Notes: a model not told the origin generated them from the letters alone. DNA of 64,000 bases from an uncultured delta proteobacterium (GCA_963712115.1 CAVQGX010000038.1:1-64000), one strand, 5' to 3'; shown: positions 17,122 to 28,529, counted from the stretch's first letter. Numbers and translations are program-made.

Positions 17122-18588
17122 CTACTTTTTCACCATCTCAAGGTTTTTCTCTTCTTCATCTATCATCAGCTTTACAGGGTTTTCCCGATCATATTCTTTG
17201 GGAATGTGGCAATTGGCAGAACACTTTCCACCTGTGGGCGTCAGGGTAAAATTTATAGGAATCTCCCAGGTGCCGAAGGGGGTGAGTTTGCGAATGTGGC
17301 GCCTCTGAGAACCCATATGAACCTCGTGGCAGGCAACACAAGTCCGACCCTTTTCGCGGTTGACGTGAAGGAAGTGAAGGTTCCGGTCTCCATTGCGAAA
17401 ATTGGTCAGGTATGTCGTGCGTTTGTCCAAAACCACGGTTTCCTTGTGGCATTTGAAACAAAGGGAGTACACCTCGAGATCAAAGGGATTGTAAAACTTC
17501 TTATCAAAATTGTACTTCAAATTCTTGGCCACATATCCCGCGTGGGGTTCGTGGCAGGTGCTGCAAATCTCTTGCTGGACCGGACCGTGCTTATAAAGAG
17601 CATTTTTCGTCTGTTGCTCCATTTTTTTGTGGCAGCTGAAACAAAGGGCCACATCTTTGGGCCCTCCTTTCAAAAGCTTGTTGTAATTGGAGGCATGGGG
17701 AGCGTGGCAACCAGCGCACCTGCCCTCGGCCACAGGTTTGTGAACTACCGTGGCACTGGCAATCTGTTTCATCACTTTTTCCGTTTTCTTCTTGTGGCAG
17801 TCGACACACAGGGTAAGTTCGTCTTTATTGAGGAGGAACTTGGTCGTCTTGGAGCCGTGAGAGTCATGACAGCCGATGCATCCTTCATCTTTAACGATCT
17901 TGTGCAGATACTTGGATTGGCCGATCAAGAGCTTCTGGTTTTTGTGGCATCTCCAGCATAAATCCACCCCCGTGCTGACAAGTCCGAAAGGAGGATCTTT
18001 CTTGATATTGGTATGGCAAATCAAACAGGCTCCAGTGGCCACCGGAGCGTGAACATATCTTACCTTGACCATCTCAATGTGACATTTTGCCGAGACACAG
18101 GATTCGCCTTCCTTTATAGGTGAATGGACGGGATGGTACATCTTTGATTTGGCCGCCAATTCGGCCACTCTCTGGGGCATTTTGGTTTCCATTGTCTGAT
18201 CTTCAAGGATCTTAGGAGAAACCGTGGTCTTCTCCGGTTCTTGCGGGGTCAGTTCTTCAATCGCTTTCAGGTGAAACGCTCTCTCCTCGACACTTTTCAG
18301 CGACCTTGGAGCAGGAGACTTTTCTTTGATTGCAGCAGGCTCAGGTTCAGCGGTTGCAGGCACCGCTGCCTCCACCACAGGGGTGGCCGCTGCGGAGGTT
18401 TCTTGCTCGATCTTCGAGGCTATGGGGGCTTTAGACTCTGGTGATGTGATGTCCTCCTGAGGAACGGTCTTTACACACCCGACCAGGTACAAAAGAAATA
18501 GCAGCGAAGCCCCGATGGCCATCGCCCCGCAAGAGTTAAGACATCTCAGCACTCCCATTTTCCGTTTTTCCTTTTTTTCCACTCCCAT
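17122..18588 (-). CDS. Multiheme cytochrome c lipoprotein (9 CxxCH + CX4CH + CX3CH)
   Basis: Lipobox LVGC; heme motifs counted in translation; TNFRNG..NLHFLHV. Confidence 0.85.
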   Translation of the reverse strand: MGVEKKEKRKMGVLRCLNSCGAMAIGASLLFLLYLVGCVKTVPQEDITSPESKAPIASKIEQETSAAATPVVEAAVPATAEPEPAAIKEKSPAPRSLKSVEERAFHLKAIEELTPQEPEKTTVSPKILEDQTMETKMPQRVAELAAKSKMYHPVHSPIKEGESCVSAKCHIEMVKVRYVHAPVATGACLICHTNIKKDPPFGLVSTGVDLCWRCHKNQKLLIGQSKYLHKIVKDEGCIGCHDSHGSKTTKFLLNKDELTLCVDCHKKKTEKVMKQIASATVVHKPVAEGRCAGCHAPHASNYNKLLKGGPKDVALCFSCHKKMEQQTKNALYKHGPVQQEICSTCHEPHAGYVAKNLKYNFDKKFYNPFDLEVYSLCFKCHKETVVLDKRTTYLTNFRNGDRNLHFLHVNREKGRTCVACHEVHMGSQRRHIRKLTPFGTWEIPINFTLTPTGGKCSANCHIPKEYDRENPVKLMIDEEEKNLEMVKK

Positions 18589-18601
18589 AATGCACCCGTA
18601 T

Positions 18602-18666
18602 TAACCCGGATATTTCACCAGTTGCCTGCTGCGACCGTGACGGCAATTCATGAAGCATCCGGGTTG
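18602..18666. mobile_element. Short MITE copy (AACCCGGAT...ATCCGGGTT)
   Basis: Termini and ttcatgaa/gttgc segments match 30455-30696. Confidence 0.6.
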
Positions 18667-18707
18667 GAGTTAGAGTTTACGAGACAGAATCCGCAAGACT
18701 TCCTTCC

Positions 18708-20882
18708 CTATTTCTCTTGTGAGGCCACTTTCAAGCCAAGAGGCAGTTTCTTGAAGCGGCCTCCGTATATTATTGGATCACCCTTGTAACCAAGAGCCTT
18801 GAAGTCGAGCCAATCGGTTGCGTTAATCTGACTCCGATCAGCTTTTCGGGTGAGATGTATCAATTTTTCGTCGATGCCAGAAAAAGCCAGTTCCTTAAAA
18901 TCCACCCCGCCCTTCTTCTGATGGCAGCGCCCACAGGAAAGTTGGTTCCTCAGACTTTCATGGCACTGAACACAGGAAAGGGCAAACACCTTGGGTAGGA
19001 CTTCATGATTGAGGCTGAGGTACATGACGGTCTCTACCCACTTATACTCGCCGCTGTAGGCCAGTCCGGAAGCCGCGGCTCCGGAGGCAAAGGATCTCTG
19101 CCAATCCAGGGTTTGCCAAAAACCACCAACCCCCGCCAGATGCGGCACCAGGAGGTAGTTGTACTTGGCATCGGCGGCCTGAGTGCCACCCATGATTTTA
19201 AAAGGATAAATCTTTGACTCCTGATCTCTCATATCGCCTACAGGTTCATTGAGGCTGGTAACACCTTCGGAATTGATCTGGTCGCCTAAAAGGTAACGCT
19301 TTACTTGGCCGTTGTACCAGGCATAAACCGGCTTGATTTCATGACCCCAGGTAAAGTCCCCTGCCTGCCAGGAGTAATCCGGCATGCCAAATTCGTCCCG
19401 TTTGACTTCGCGGTCTTTGTCTCCTGCAGTGGACCAATCCCAATAGGTCTTCACCGGGGTGTACTTGGCGTATACGGGGTGATGACAGGTCACACAGGCT
19501 ATGTGGTCTGAGTGTTTGTTCAGGTGATGGGTCAATAAGGAATTTTCCTGGTGTGGAGCATCTGTGTGACAGTGGTTACAAGATCGGCTGCCTTCAGCCA
19601 CAGGCAGGGCGATACTGCGGCCGCTGATCTTGTGGTTGCTTGTCTTGTGGCAATCATGGCACTGAAAACCCAAGCCTCCCATGTGGACATCGCAACTGCT
19701 GCCGTGAAAATCAAGAAGGGCGTTTAGTTTGCCGTGCCTGACAAAGTCCTGGTCACCACCTGAGAAATGACAGTTGCCGCAGCTTTTTCGACTGGGCTTG
19801 CCTACTTTTTTGGCAACCAGGACCAAATCCACTGAAGGGTCTGGCATACCTGCGGCTTTGAGATCTTTACTGTAAGTTCCGGTGGTATCGTGGCACACGA
19901 GGCAGTCGATCCTGGTTTGGTCGGCAAAGTCAAAGGTTGCGTCTTTCCAACCATAACCGGCATGACAGCCCGTACAACGAGGCCAGTTGCTGAAAACGCT
20001 CACGCAGAAATTGTTGACGGTTACAGTGGCCTTGCCCATATCTACCCGCTTGTCTTTACCCAGGGTGAATGGAGAAGGACCTTTCCACAGCCAGTGAGTG
20101 GAGCTGAGCATCTCCTCGCCTTGTGCAGGGTGGCAACGGAGGCACTCTTTTGTTACTTGGATTGGATCAGGCTTTCCGGAAAGCTCCACGAGGTCGGTAT
20201 GGTCCCTGACTCTCTTTTCGTGGCAACCGCTCGAGCACCGGATGGGGCCCCTATGGAGCTGCTTGTGGCAGCCCGTGCACTGGCGGTGAATAGCACCTTT
20301 GAGCCCTACACGGTCCGGTGCTATGGGGTGGAAGGAATTCTGATGGCAGGCCGAACAACGCATGGTCTCCGAACCATCAGGCGCGTTTGGCCGATAATGA
20401 TGACACACGGTACAATCATTTGAAATACTTGCATGCTTTCTGTGCATGAAGCGAACCGGCCCATAAAAATCATCTTCCTCGTTGATCAGAGGACTATTTA
20501 TGACAAAGAAGTTGTACTCAGGAGGAATATCTTTGGGCCTCAGCCTGTAGGCAAGGCGGGCACGTCTTTCTGAAGCTGTTTCCTTGTAGACATCCTTGAC
20601 CAGAGGTATTGTCTCCTTGGCTCGTTTTCTTGCCGAGGCCTCCCGATCATGCCATGCCCTGTGAACCGGCGGATTGGTCTTGACTACCGCATGTTTTGAC
20701 TCGTCACCCCTATCTCTTTCAAAGATACTGTCAATAACACCTACCAAAACCTCTCTAAAGTCGGTTTTGTCAGCCCTATCAGCTTCAGCTTCAGCCCGCG
20801 CAATTGCCAGAACCGTTAGCAGCGACAGGGCAATCAAGCTTATCAACACAATTGTCGGTTTGCTTTTGCTCGAGCGCTTCAT
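18708..20882 (-). CDS. Octaheme tetrathionate-reductase-family cytochrome fused to an N-terminal cytochrome c3-like domain (12 CxxCH + 1 CX3CH)
   Basis: HWLW, NNFC, CTGCHAGYGW, CLVCHDTTGTY, KIYPFK, NHEV; c3-like VRFMHRKH, LKGAIHRQC. Confidence 0.85.
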   Translation of the reverse strand: MKRSSKSKPTIVLISLIALSLLTVLAIARAEAEADRADKTDFREVLVGVIDSIFERDRGDESKHAVVKTNPPVHRAWHDREASARKRAKETIPLVKDVYKETASERRARLAYRLRPKDIPPEYNFFVINSPLINEEDDFYGPVRFMHRKHASISNDCTVCHHYRPNAPDGSETMRCSACHQNSFHPIAPDRVGLKGAIHRQCTGCHKQLHRGPIRCSSGCHEKRVRDHTDLVELSGKPDPIQVTKECLRCHPAQGEEMLSSTHWLWKGPSPFTLGKDKRVDMGKATVTVNNFCVSVFSNWPRCTGCHAGYGWKDATFDFADQTRIDCLVCHDTTGTYSKDLKAAGMPDPSVDLVLVAKKVGKPSRKSCGNCHFSGGDQDFVRHGKLNALLDFHGSSCDVHMGGLGFQCHDCHKTSNHKISGRSIALPVAEGSRSCNHCHTDAPHQENSLLTHHLNKHSDHIACVTCHHPVYAKYTPVKTYWDWSTAGDKDREVKRDEFGMPDYSWQAGDFTWGHEIKPVYAWYNGQVKRYLLGDQINSEGVTSLNEPVGDMRDQESKIYPFKIMGGTQAADAKYNYLLVPHLAGVGGFWQTLDWQRSFASGAAASGLAYSGEYKWVETVMYLSLNHEVLPKVFALSCVQCHESLRNQLSCGRCHQKKGGVDFKELAFSGIDEKLIHLTRKADRSQINATDWLDFKALGYKGDPIIYGGRFKKLPLGLKVASQEK

Positions 20883-22105
20883 GATGACTCCTTTTCCATG
20901 CTGGCAAGACTGGGAGCGCTTAGCACAGGAAGATAGGTAACAGCCAGGCGATAAAAAAATGTGATACTGCAGAGCAAGCAGGCTGTTATCGCTATCTCGC
21001 TGATGGAGGGGAAGTAGGATTTGACCGCATAAGGAGGGTTGAATCCGATAAGAAAAACATTACAGCGATTCAGGGCAATTCCCAGTACGACAGTGGTGCA
21101 GGCGACAAACAGAGTATGCCTTTTTGCGCGCAGTCGCTGGCTCATCAACATAAACCAGGGAATGATCATTGCCAGCATCTCCACAATAAAGGAGCGGCTT
21201 TCAATTGAGCCATCAAATAAATAGACGTAGGTTCCCCGGAAAAGCATATCGCCGATTTTCAGGGTTATGTAGAATCCCAGCAAGTATTTGGTGACTCCCG
21301 TGAGGGGGGCCAAAACCTCCATTTCATCTGCCCGTTTAAATGAGGCGGTGGCCACTGTGGTTTCAAAAACAACCATGGGATAACCCGCAGCAATGGCCGA
21401 AGTAAGAAAGAGCAGGGGCAAAATGGGAGTGTACCAGAGGGGATGCAGCTTGGTCGGGGCGATGAGCATGAGCGATCCCAGCCCCGACTGGTGCATACAG
21501 GAGAGGACCACCCCGGCAATGATGAAGACCCACATGGTCTTGCCGAGTATCCCGTCGGCCAATGCCAAAAGACGCTCAAGCCGATCATTGAGAATGGCAA
21601 ATGGCCCCGGGAGGTTCACCCTTCCTTTAAAACGCTCTACCACAATAGGAATGAATTCGATATAGAGAACGTGCGTATAGACCACCACGCACATGGCCAC
21701 TTCAAAAAGAACCGAGTTTCCCTGCCAGAACAGTAGGGGTTTCGGCAGGGCCCAAGAACGTCCCACATCAATGGCAAGACCGATTGCCACAAAGGTGTAG
21801 CCCAGGGTGGCGGTCAACAAAGCCGGTCGAGTTACTGCCTCATACTGGTGCCTGCCAAAGATGTGGGCTATAGCTGCCGTGGTAAATCCACCAGCGGCGA
21901 GAGCCACACCCGTGGCTACATCGATGCCAATCCATAATCCCCAGGGATGCTGATTGTCCAGGTTGCTAACCACCGCTAAGCCTCCGATGTAGCGGGCAAC
22001 GATAAAACAAAATCCCATCAACATGACAGCAAACAGGACCAGGACACCCGGGGTCCAGAACCTCATTTCAAGGGGGGCAGGTTTGGGGTGAGCATGAGAA
22101 CTCAT
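20879..22105 (-). CDS. NrfD/HybB/HmcC-family quinone-interacting membrane subunit
   Basis: [44 protein letters not shown]. Confidence 0.88.
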   Translation of the reverse strand: MSSHAHPKPAPLEMRFWTPGVLVLFAVMLMGFCFIVARYIGGLAVVSNLDNQHPWGLWIGIDVATGVALAAGGFTTAAIAHIFGRHQYEAVTRPALLTATLGYTFVAIGLAIDVGRSWALPKPLLFWQGNSVLFEVAMCVVVYTHVLYIEFIPIVVERFKGRVNLPGPFAILNDRLERLLALADGILGKTMWVFIIAGVVLSCMHQSGLGSLMLIAPTKLHPLWYTPILPLLFLTSAIAAGYPMVVFETTVATASFKRADEMEVLAPLTGVTKYLLGFYITLKIGDMLFRGTYVYLFDGSIESRSFIVEMLAMIIPWFMLMSQRLRAKRHTLFVACTTVVLGIALNRCNVFLIGFNPPYAVKSYFPSISEIAITACLLCSITFFYRLAVTYLPVLSAPSLASMEKESS

Positions 22106-23043
22106 ACGTATTCCTCCTGTGCAAGCAGTTCCGGAGCATGGTTGTTGATCTGCGCAGGATTAATTTTCCACATGACCCCTGCGAGAATGGTAAACAAGGT
22201 AATGGGCGCCCACATATAGGCAAAAATCGAGTGCTGGATGGTCTCGGTAAGATGGGGCATGGGATAATGGGGCAAACTCAGAAAGCCCAGCTTTTCAAAT
22301 GGCTCCTTTGAAATGTACATCCAGGATGTTCCGCCCACTTCAGACTCGCCGTAAATTTTGTTGAGATAACGCATAGGGTTAGCTGCTATCTTCCGGCGGG
22401 TCACTTCCAGCAGCATCTGGCGGTTGCCAAAGGTGATTGCCTCCATGGGGCAAGCAGCAGCACAGCCGGGTTTTCCTCCCGTGCTGATGCGATCGTAACA
22501 AAAGGTACATTTTCGCACCCGGGGTGTGAGAGGATCAAAATACTCATAAGCAGGGATCTGGAAAGGACAGGCCACCAGGCAGTAACGACAACCAACACAC
22601 TTGGATTTGTCATAGTTGACTGCGCCGTTGTCTTTCTTGTGCAAGGCGCCGGTGATACAGGCCGAAGCACAAGCCGGATCCTGACAGTGCATGCACTGGA
22701 CTTTGACATAGGTGGGTATCAATTCGTTTTGCTCATCAAGCCTACCGGAGTAGTAGCGGTTTATTACCGTAAAAGCGCTGGTGCCGGGCCTGCGCTTTTG
22801 GTCGAGAACAGTCCGATCGTCGAGCCGTTCCTTTGGTGGCGGCAGATGGTTCACGCGATTGCAGGCCTGTTCGCAGGTTCGACAGCCAACGCAAGCAGTT
22901 AGATCCACTACGCAGCCGTAAGGATTCGGAGGGGCTTTCGGCTCCCGTGCAGCAAATGCGTTTCTGGCACTGCCTGTGGCAGCAGAGCTTATCATGGCTC
23001 CTGCAACACCTAAAAAATGGCGCCTGCTAATGTTCATCTTCAA
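22102..23043 (-). CDS. Tat-exported 4x[4Fe-4S] subunit (HybA/HmcB-like)
   Basis: SRRHFL; [28 protein letters not shown]; C-terminal TM. Confidence 0.88.
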   Translation of the reverse strand: MKMNISRRHFLGVAGAMISSAATGSARNAFAAREPKAPPNPYGCVVDLTACVGCRTCEQACNRVNHLPPPKERLDDRTVLDQKRRPGTSAFTVINRYYSGRLDEQNELIPTYVKVQCMHCQDPACASACITGALHKKDNGAVNYDKSKCVGCRYCLVACPFQIPAYEYFDPLTPRVRKCTFCYDRISTGGKPGCAAACPMEAITFGNRQMLLEVTRRKIAANPMRYLNKIYGESEVGGTSWMYISKEPFEKLGFLSLPHYPMPHLTETIQHSIFAYMWAPITLFTILAGVMWKINPAQINNHAPELLAQEEYV

Positions 23044-23148
23044 TCCTTTGGTTCCATGGTTGTCAGGAAAGTTTGATAATTTATATGAGGAAATGGCCTC
23101 TGTGCTTTACATAGTGCAAGTAAGTCTCATTTCAAGATTTGCTAATAT

Positions 23149-24207
23149 TTACTTTTTGGCTAGGCCGGATTGTAAAAGCCCCACATGGAGATAGCCAGGT
23201 TTCCAGCCTCTCCAGCCGCGGTGACAGTCGAAGCACCGCGCAGTGGGTTTGGCGACATGCTCCGCATGCATCAGCTTTTTGTTGTCTTTTTCTTTAAGGT
23301 CTTTTTCCTGGAGGTGACACTGTTGACAATTCTCTTTTACGCCGCCAGCTCCCATTATCAAGGCGATGTTCATGGTTCTATTTTCGAAGTATTCCCGGTA
23401 CGAAGCGCCTCCCACCGCCTTCAGCAGGTCAAGATGACACCCGGCGCACGAAACCTTTTCTCTCTTAAGCATGGCATGGGTAACCCGCTTTCCGCCGGTT
23501 TCCTGGATGGGCTTTGCAGGAAGGGTGTGGCATAGCTCACATTTGCCTCGGCCCTGGTTATATTCGGCGTTCTTGAAATGACAAAGGGTGCAGGATGCCT
23601 TGCTCACTTCAAAGTGTTTGTCTTCGGTCAAATGCTGGTGGCAGGAAGTACAACCCATCTTCATGCCCTCGATCTGTTTTTTCTCGTCGAAATGGGGTTT
23701 ATGGACAAACTTTATTTTTTTCTCGCCCATCTCGATTCCTTTGGTCATGAAATCGTCCCCAGGCTTGCCGTGGCAGTCAGGTGTCAGGCAACTGGCATCA
23801 ACGATAGTCGACCTTGTTTGAATTGATTCACCACCAATAGGAAGATAGCTGAAACGGTCTTGCATGTCGGCTGAGATGTTTTTGGGGATATGTTTGTCCT
23901 TTGCTGCTCCATTCATTTGGTGGGCTTGCTGCACCTTTTCATCGTATTGAGGCGGGTAATGACAGTCCACACAACTCGCTTTAATGTGTTTGCTCTTTTT
24001 CCAGAGTTCGTACCCCTTATTAAAGATGGCTGGATAGGTGAGCAGATGGCAATAGCCGCAGTAATACTGAGGTTTAGAGATTGCAGGCTGCGGCAGTTCA
24101 GTGACCACTGCTGCCTCTTGGTCGGCCCCCAAAGCAGAGACGGACAAGATCAGGCTCGCCACCACGGCCAGGACAACAAGCTGATGGATTCTTTTATCAC
24201 TGCACAT
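23149..24207 (-). CDS. Multiheme cytochrome c (8 CxxCH + 1 CX4CH)
   Basis: CGYCH, CVDCH, CLTPDCH, CTSCH, CTLCH, CELCH, CAGCH, CQQCH, CFDCH; signal peptide. Confidence 0.85.
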   Translation of the reverse strand: MCSDKRIHQLVVLAVVASLILSVSALGADQEAAVVTELPQPAISKPQYYCGYCHLLTYPAIFNKGYELWKKSKHIKASCVDCHYPPQYDEKVQQAHQMNGAAKDKHIPKNISADMQDRFSYLPIGGESIQTRSTIVDASCLTPDCHGKPGDDFMTKGIEMGEKKIKFVHKPHFDEKKQIEGMKMGCTSCHQHLTEDKHFEVSKASCTLCHFKNAEYNQGRGKCELCHTLPAKPIQETGGKRVTHAMLKREKVSCAGCHLDLLKAVGGASYREYFENRTMNIALIMGAGGVKENCQQCHLQEKDLKEKDNKKLMHAEHVAKPTARCFDCHRGWRGWKPGYLHVGLLQSGLAKK

Positions 24208-24289
24208 GGTCAGATACCTCTTTCTTATGATGGGTGCAAGGTCTCCCCTGCTAAGACTTTAGGTGGATATGGAAGAAGAACTTGAGCCT

Positions 24290-24661
24290 TCATACTTCTA
24301 AGGAGCTCTTCACCCAAAAGACCAACTCTTCCTCGTCAACCGGTGTGCCGAGACAGGCGTAAATGTGACTGCTCATGGCTTCTTGCAATTCAGGATGAAA
24401 AGAGCGACTAGAAAAACCTATGATGCGAAGTGAGGGGTTTTTTCTCTTGAGTTTCCTGATGAGTCTGTTATCTACGTGCAGGCTGTCCAGATCCAGAATT
24501 GCCAGGCGACAATCGCATCCCTTTATCCCCCCCGCTAAGTGCTCAAGTGAATCCAACAGCTCGATTGGATAATCCTCTCCTTCCAGGGCAGCGCAAAGCT
24601 CGAGGCAATTTTGTTCATTGGCACTTACAACTAAAATCGGATCTTGCATCCAGATCTCCAA
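24290..24661 (-). CDS. Stand-alone atypical receiver (CheY-like) domain
   Basis: ILVV...LAILDLD...IIGFS; lacks the N-terminal acidic pair and the KP lysine. Confidence 0.7.
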   Translation of the reverse strand: MEIWMQDPILVVSANEQNCLELCAALEGEDYPIELLDSLEHLAGGIKGCDCRLAILDLDSLHVDNRLIRKLKRKNPSLRIIGFSSRSFHPELQEAMSSHIYACLGTPVDEEELVFWVKSSLEV

Positions 24662-24706
24662 AGGAATAACACTCTGTCCTGGTCACCTTACTGCCACCCT
24701 TATTGC

Positions 24707-24721
24707 GCAAATCCTGTGCCA
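24707..24721 (-). promoter_or_regulatory. Sigma-54 promoter heading the cytochrome locus
   Basis: Consensus TGGCAC-aggat-TTGC on minus strand; bEBP gene directly upstream. Confidence 0.8.
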
Positions 24722-25128
24722 GCAAAAAAGATTCGAAGGTTAAAGTCGGCCCGTTATTGGGAAGGGTCGAAGGAGATTTGTAGACAAATAATTGAAAACA
24801 TTAGACAAAGCTGCTTAGATTAATGGAGGGTTAAATGTTGAAAAAAGCAAAACAGCTTCGTAGTTTAGAGAGGACTTGGTCCGGATGCTCGAGGTCGTCT
24901 GTAAAGATAGCTAACAGCATTTTTTTGAAATCAGATTTGCCATCTAATTTGTCATGAAATAATAATGCCTTAGCTTTGTAAGGAATCCTTACACGCAATT
25001 TTGCCTGTCAACTAACAGATGAGAATGGAAGGACTGGTCTAGTCTGGCGCTCAGCCGTCAGCAAAATATCATAAAAAACAAGGGTTTAAGCTGCTAGCTG
25101 ATTGTCTCGCCGCGGCGGGACTGACTGC

Positions 25129-25159
25129 TCCATCCGGAAATCTACGATTTCCGGATGGA
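25129..25159. repeat. Perfect 14-bp inverted repeat
   Basis: tccatccggaaatc-tac-gatttccggatgga. Confidence 0.8.
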
Positions 25160-25169
25160 AACTTTCTGG

Positions 25170-25317
25170 AGTTTCCAATTCATAAATGAGGAATTTGTCG
25201 CAAGGTCGAGGAGATCAAGGGATTGCGCGGAGGCGTACTGTATAGTACGTCGCACAAGAAATCCCGCAGATTGATCCGCCTGCGGCGGAGTAAAGGCCCA
25301 TTTATGGATGGAAACTA
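25170..25317. mobile_element. MITE-like element with different TIRs but the same AGGCGTAC..GTACGTCGCA core
   Basis: TIR agtttccaattcataaatg / catttatggatggaaact; core gggattgcgcggaggcgtactgtatagtacgtcgca. Confidence 0.6.
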
Positions 25318-28266
25318 GTGAGTGGTAGGCTTAGTAATCTGATACCTCTTGAGCTTGTCATAAAGGGCGGTCCGGCTGATCCCTAGATGTTGGGCCGCCT
25401 CTTTTTTGACCCAACCGCACTTCTCCAGGGTTTCCAGCAGCAGATTCTTTTCCTGTTCCTCAATGGTGGGCAGTCGGTCAGTCAGAATGTGACTCCCATG
25501 GGCCTGGACTGTGGCGGGCAGGTCTGAGGCCTCAACTTGGCCTCCCTTGGCCAGTACGGTTGCGTGCTCAATACTGTTTTCCAACTCCCGGACATTGCCC
25601 GGCCAGTTGTAATCTAGGAGCAATCGCATGGCCTCGGGGGTAAATCCTTGAATCTCCTTTTCCTGTTCCTTGATGAACCTGCTGAGAAAATGGCGGGCCA
25701 GCAGGGGGATATCATTGCGCCGCTCCCTGAGTGCCGGCAAGTGGATAGGAATGACGTTGAGACGGTAGTAGAGATCCTCGCGGAAATTACCATTTTTCAC
25801 CTCCTGGAGGAGGTCCTTGTTTGTAGCTGCAAGTATGTGCACGTCCACGGACAGAGTCTTTTCGCCTCCCAAGCGCTCAAATCTTTGCGACTGAATCACG
25901 CGAAGAAGCTTGATCTGGGCCGATGGAGCAATTTCGCCAATCTCATCCAAAAATACAGTGCCCCCATGGGCCTGCTCGAAGCGCCCGATCTTTTGGCGGA
26001 TGGCTCCGGTGAAGGCGCCTCTCTCGTGGCCGAAGAGTTCGCTTTCCAGAAGGGTAGCTGGGTAGGCTGAGCAATTGATTACCACAAAAGGCTTGCTATG
26101 GCGAGGACTTCGTCGGTGAATGGCCCGGGCCACCAACTCTTTGCCGGTGCCGCTCTCACCCTCAATGAGGACGGTGGCGTCTGTGGGAGCAATGTCCTCA
26201 ATCAGCTTGTAGATCACCTGCATTTTGGGATCCTTGCCAGTAAGGCCGCTGAATTCTGCCGTAGTCTCCACCCGTTTCTCTAGATCGCGTATTTCTTCTT
26301 CGTAGGATACGGCCTTTTTTATTGTTTCGGATGCATACTCCAGGACCAGTGCAACCATCTCGAGTGCCTTTTCGTCGCACAGGCAGTCCGCTTGACAGGT
26401 AATGACAAAAGCGCCTTCGAGCTGATCTCGAATTCGTAAGGGAATGATGGTCTGCCGGGCTGCCGGAAAGTAATCGGGTATGAGTGGGGGGTTGAACTTA
26501 CTTTTGGGTGCTATAGTCATGCCATCCAGATCTTTCAGGATAGTCTGAGCGGTTTTAATCAGCTCTGGGTCTTCATTGGTAGAGATTCCCGCCTCCATCA
26601 AGGTGAAGAGCATATTGCGCTCGCTATTGAAAATATGAAGCAGGGTGTACTGGCTGCCCACAATGTTTTGCACTGCCTTCATGAGCAAAGAGCCCACTCC
26701 GTTGAGCGTCCGATAGGAGCCGATCTGTTTGAGCATACTGCAAAATGTGTCCATCTCGCTGTGTGCCCGTTCGAGATCCTCTTCGGCCTGCTTACGGTCG
26801 GTTACATCTGCGGCAATCTGCAACACAACCGTACGGCCGTCCACCCAGCGGATTGCTCGATCACGAACTTCGTACCATTTTCCGGTTGCCTGCTTTTGAA
26901 ATTCTCGGAGATTCACTCCGGCTGGCTCACCATCAGGGGTGAGCAGTCTTTCCTTTGTACAGAAATCGCAAGGACCGGATTGACCATCCTGCATAACCTG
27001 CCAGCAGACCTTCCCGTCCACCTCGCCAAAAAGATCTCGAACATACTTGTTCCCATAAAGGATTTCGTACGTTTCCACATCCGCCACATAAACAGCGGCA
27101 TCCAGGCTGTCCAAAACAGTAAGAAGTCTGCGATGAGATTCTTGAAAGTCCCTGGTCTTAACCTCGACCTGAGCTTCCAGAGTCTTGTTATAGCGAAAAG
27201 ACATTGCCACGGCATAGGAACAGCCAAGAAGGATGGATATGGTAACGAGTGCTACCAGCAAAAGGTGTTTAACATAGGCTGAGCGGATCGACCTGGTTGC
27301 ATCTTTCTTGGGTGCCCATACCCCTAATGTCCACATCTGTGGACCGAGGCGTACCGGCATATAGGCCATAAGCTTGTCTTCATTGTCTCTTGAATACTGA
27401 CCAGTAGAATAATCGAACCGGTAGTAGGAATATTCTGCTGTGCCGGTATCTCCGGCAGTCATCTTCTCCAATATCTGTTGAAATGACGGAGACCCCTCGG
27501 CCTCTTTCAAAAGGTTTTTTCTGAAGAGCGAGCTGTCAGGCTCCCAGATTACCTTAGATCCGCTGTCGATGAGAAAAGCGTGTCCTCCCCCGGTAGACTT
27601 GACAGGGGCAACCAACTTGTCAATCAGGTAGTCTAAATCGAGGCTGCAGAAGGCCACTCCGGCAAATCGGCCAAATGGAGATGGTTGGCTCTTGTCCTTT
27701 CGGGCCGCAAACATAGGCACGGCTACTACCATCCCTGCTTGATCCGTGTCAACGGGCTTGGAGTCGATGAACCGGATGATGTAGTTTTCGGAGGAGGTCA
27801 TCTCCTTTGCTTCCAGATAATACCTTCGCTGTGAGAAATCAGCACCCTCGGAATGAGGAGCACTTGCACTGAATCTCAAAACTCCATTTGCATCCAACAC
27901 TCCAATGTCCTTTACTCCCAACCGTTCAAGTTCATGGATTTCCAGCGCCAACACATGTCTGGTTGTGATTTCATCAAAGCGAAGAACCCCTTCCATTCTC
28001 GCCATGGCGTGCATGGCCTCTGCCAGATTTCTGAAGTAGAGCTCGACCCCGCCAACTGCCCCTTTTGCCATAACCAATTGCCGCTGGTTGAACTCTTTCA
28101 AAGTCGCCTGCTCTGTGGCTTTAAAAGATTGATAGCCAGCTACTAGAATAACAGCTACCAGTAGAAGGCCACTAATGGCGATAAGCCATGGCCTCTCATT
28201 AAGTACCGTTATAACTTTATTTAGGTTCATGGTTTTTCCATAGCAAATAGTAAAGCGATGGCGCAA
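25315..28266 (-). CDS. Membrane-anchored sigma-54 enhancer-binding protein (Cache-PAS-GAF-like-AAA+-Fis HTH); start probably ATG 28230
   Basis: [49 protein letters not shown]; two TM segments. Confidence 0.9.
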   Translation of the reverse strand: MRHRFTICYGKTMNLNKVITVLNERPWLIAISGLLLVAVILVAGYQSFKATEQATLKEFNQRQLVMAKGAVGGVELYFRNLAEAMHAMARMEGVLRFDEITTRHVLALEIHELERLGVKDIGVLDANGVLRFSASAPHSEGADFSQRRYYLEAKEMTSSENYIIRFIDSKPVDTDQAGMVVAVPMFAARKDKSQPSPFGRFAGVAFCSLDLDYLIDKLVAPVKSTGGGHAFLIDSGSKVIWEPDSSLFRKNLLKEAEGSPSFQQILEKMTAGDTGTAEYSYYRFDYSTGQYSRDNEDKLMAYMPVRLGPQMWTLGVWAPKKDATRSIRSAYVKHLLLVALVTISILLGCSYAVAMSFRYNKTLEAQVEVKTRDFQESHRRLLTVLDSLDAAVYVADVETYEILYGNKYVRDLFGEVDGKVCWQVMQDGQSGPCDFCTKERLLTPDGEPAGVNLREFQKQATGKWYEVRDRAIRWVDGRTVVLQIAADVTDRKQAEEDLERAHSEMDTFCSMLKQIGSYRTLNGVGSLLMKAVQNIVGSQYTLLHIFNSERNMLFTLMEAGISTNEDPELIKTAQTILKDLDGMTIAPKSKFNPPLIPDYFPAARQTIIPLRIRDQLEGAFVITCQADCLCDEKALEMVALVLEYASETIKKAVSYEEEIRDLEKRVETTAEFSGLTGKDPKMQVIYKLIEDIAPTDATVLIEGESGTGKELVARAIHRRSPRHSKPFVVINCSAYPATLLESELFGHERGAFTGAIRQKIGRFEQAHGGTVFLDEIGEIAPSAQIKLLRVIQSQRFERLGGEKTLSVDVHILAATNKDLLQEVKNGNFREDLYYRLNVIPIHLPALRERRNDIPLLARHFLSRFIKEQEKEIQGFTPEAMRLLLDYNWPGNVRELENSIEHATVLAKGGQVEASDLPATVQAHGSHILTDRLPTIEEQEKNLLLETLEKCGWVKKEAAQHLGISRTALYDKLKRYQITKPTTH

Positions 28267-28529
28267 AACACCGACGGCGCCGTGAGACTGCTGAAAGCAG
28301 TCAGAGTTTGGCGGTGATTGACAAATTCTCCCTAGAAATGGAGTGGAGTAATTAATTTGATAATTAGAGAAAAATTACTACTAGTACCTCACCTATATAT
28401 CAATATATATGCCAGAAAATCTGTGACTTGATACATTACTAAAAACAATAGGTTAGATATTTTTGCCCTTCCTCTACCTTGGTGATACTTGGTGAAATGA
28501 CCAAATGTGATCGGTGATTTCACCCGGTG

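Noticed and set aside
20879-23043. Hydrogenase-2 operon (hybAB)
   Set aside because: No [NiFe] large/small subunit or maturation genes lie nearby; the partners are cytochromes.
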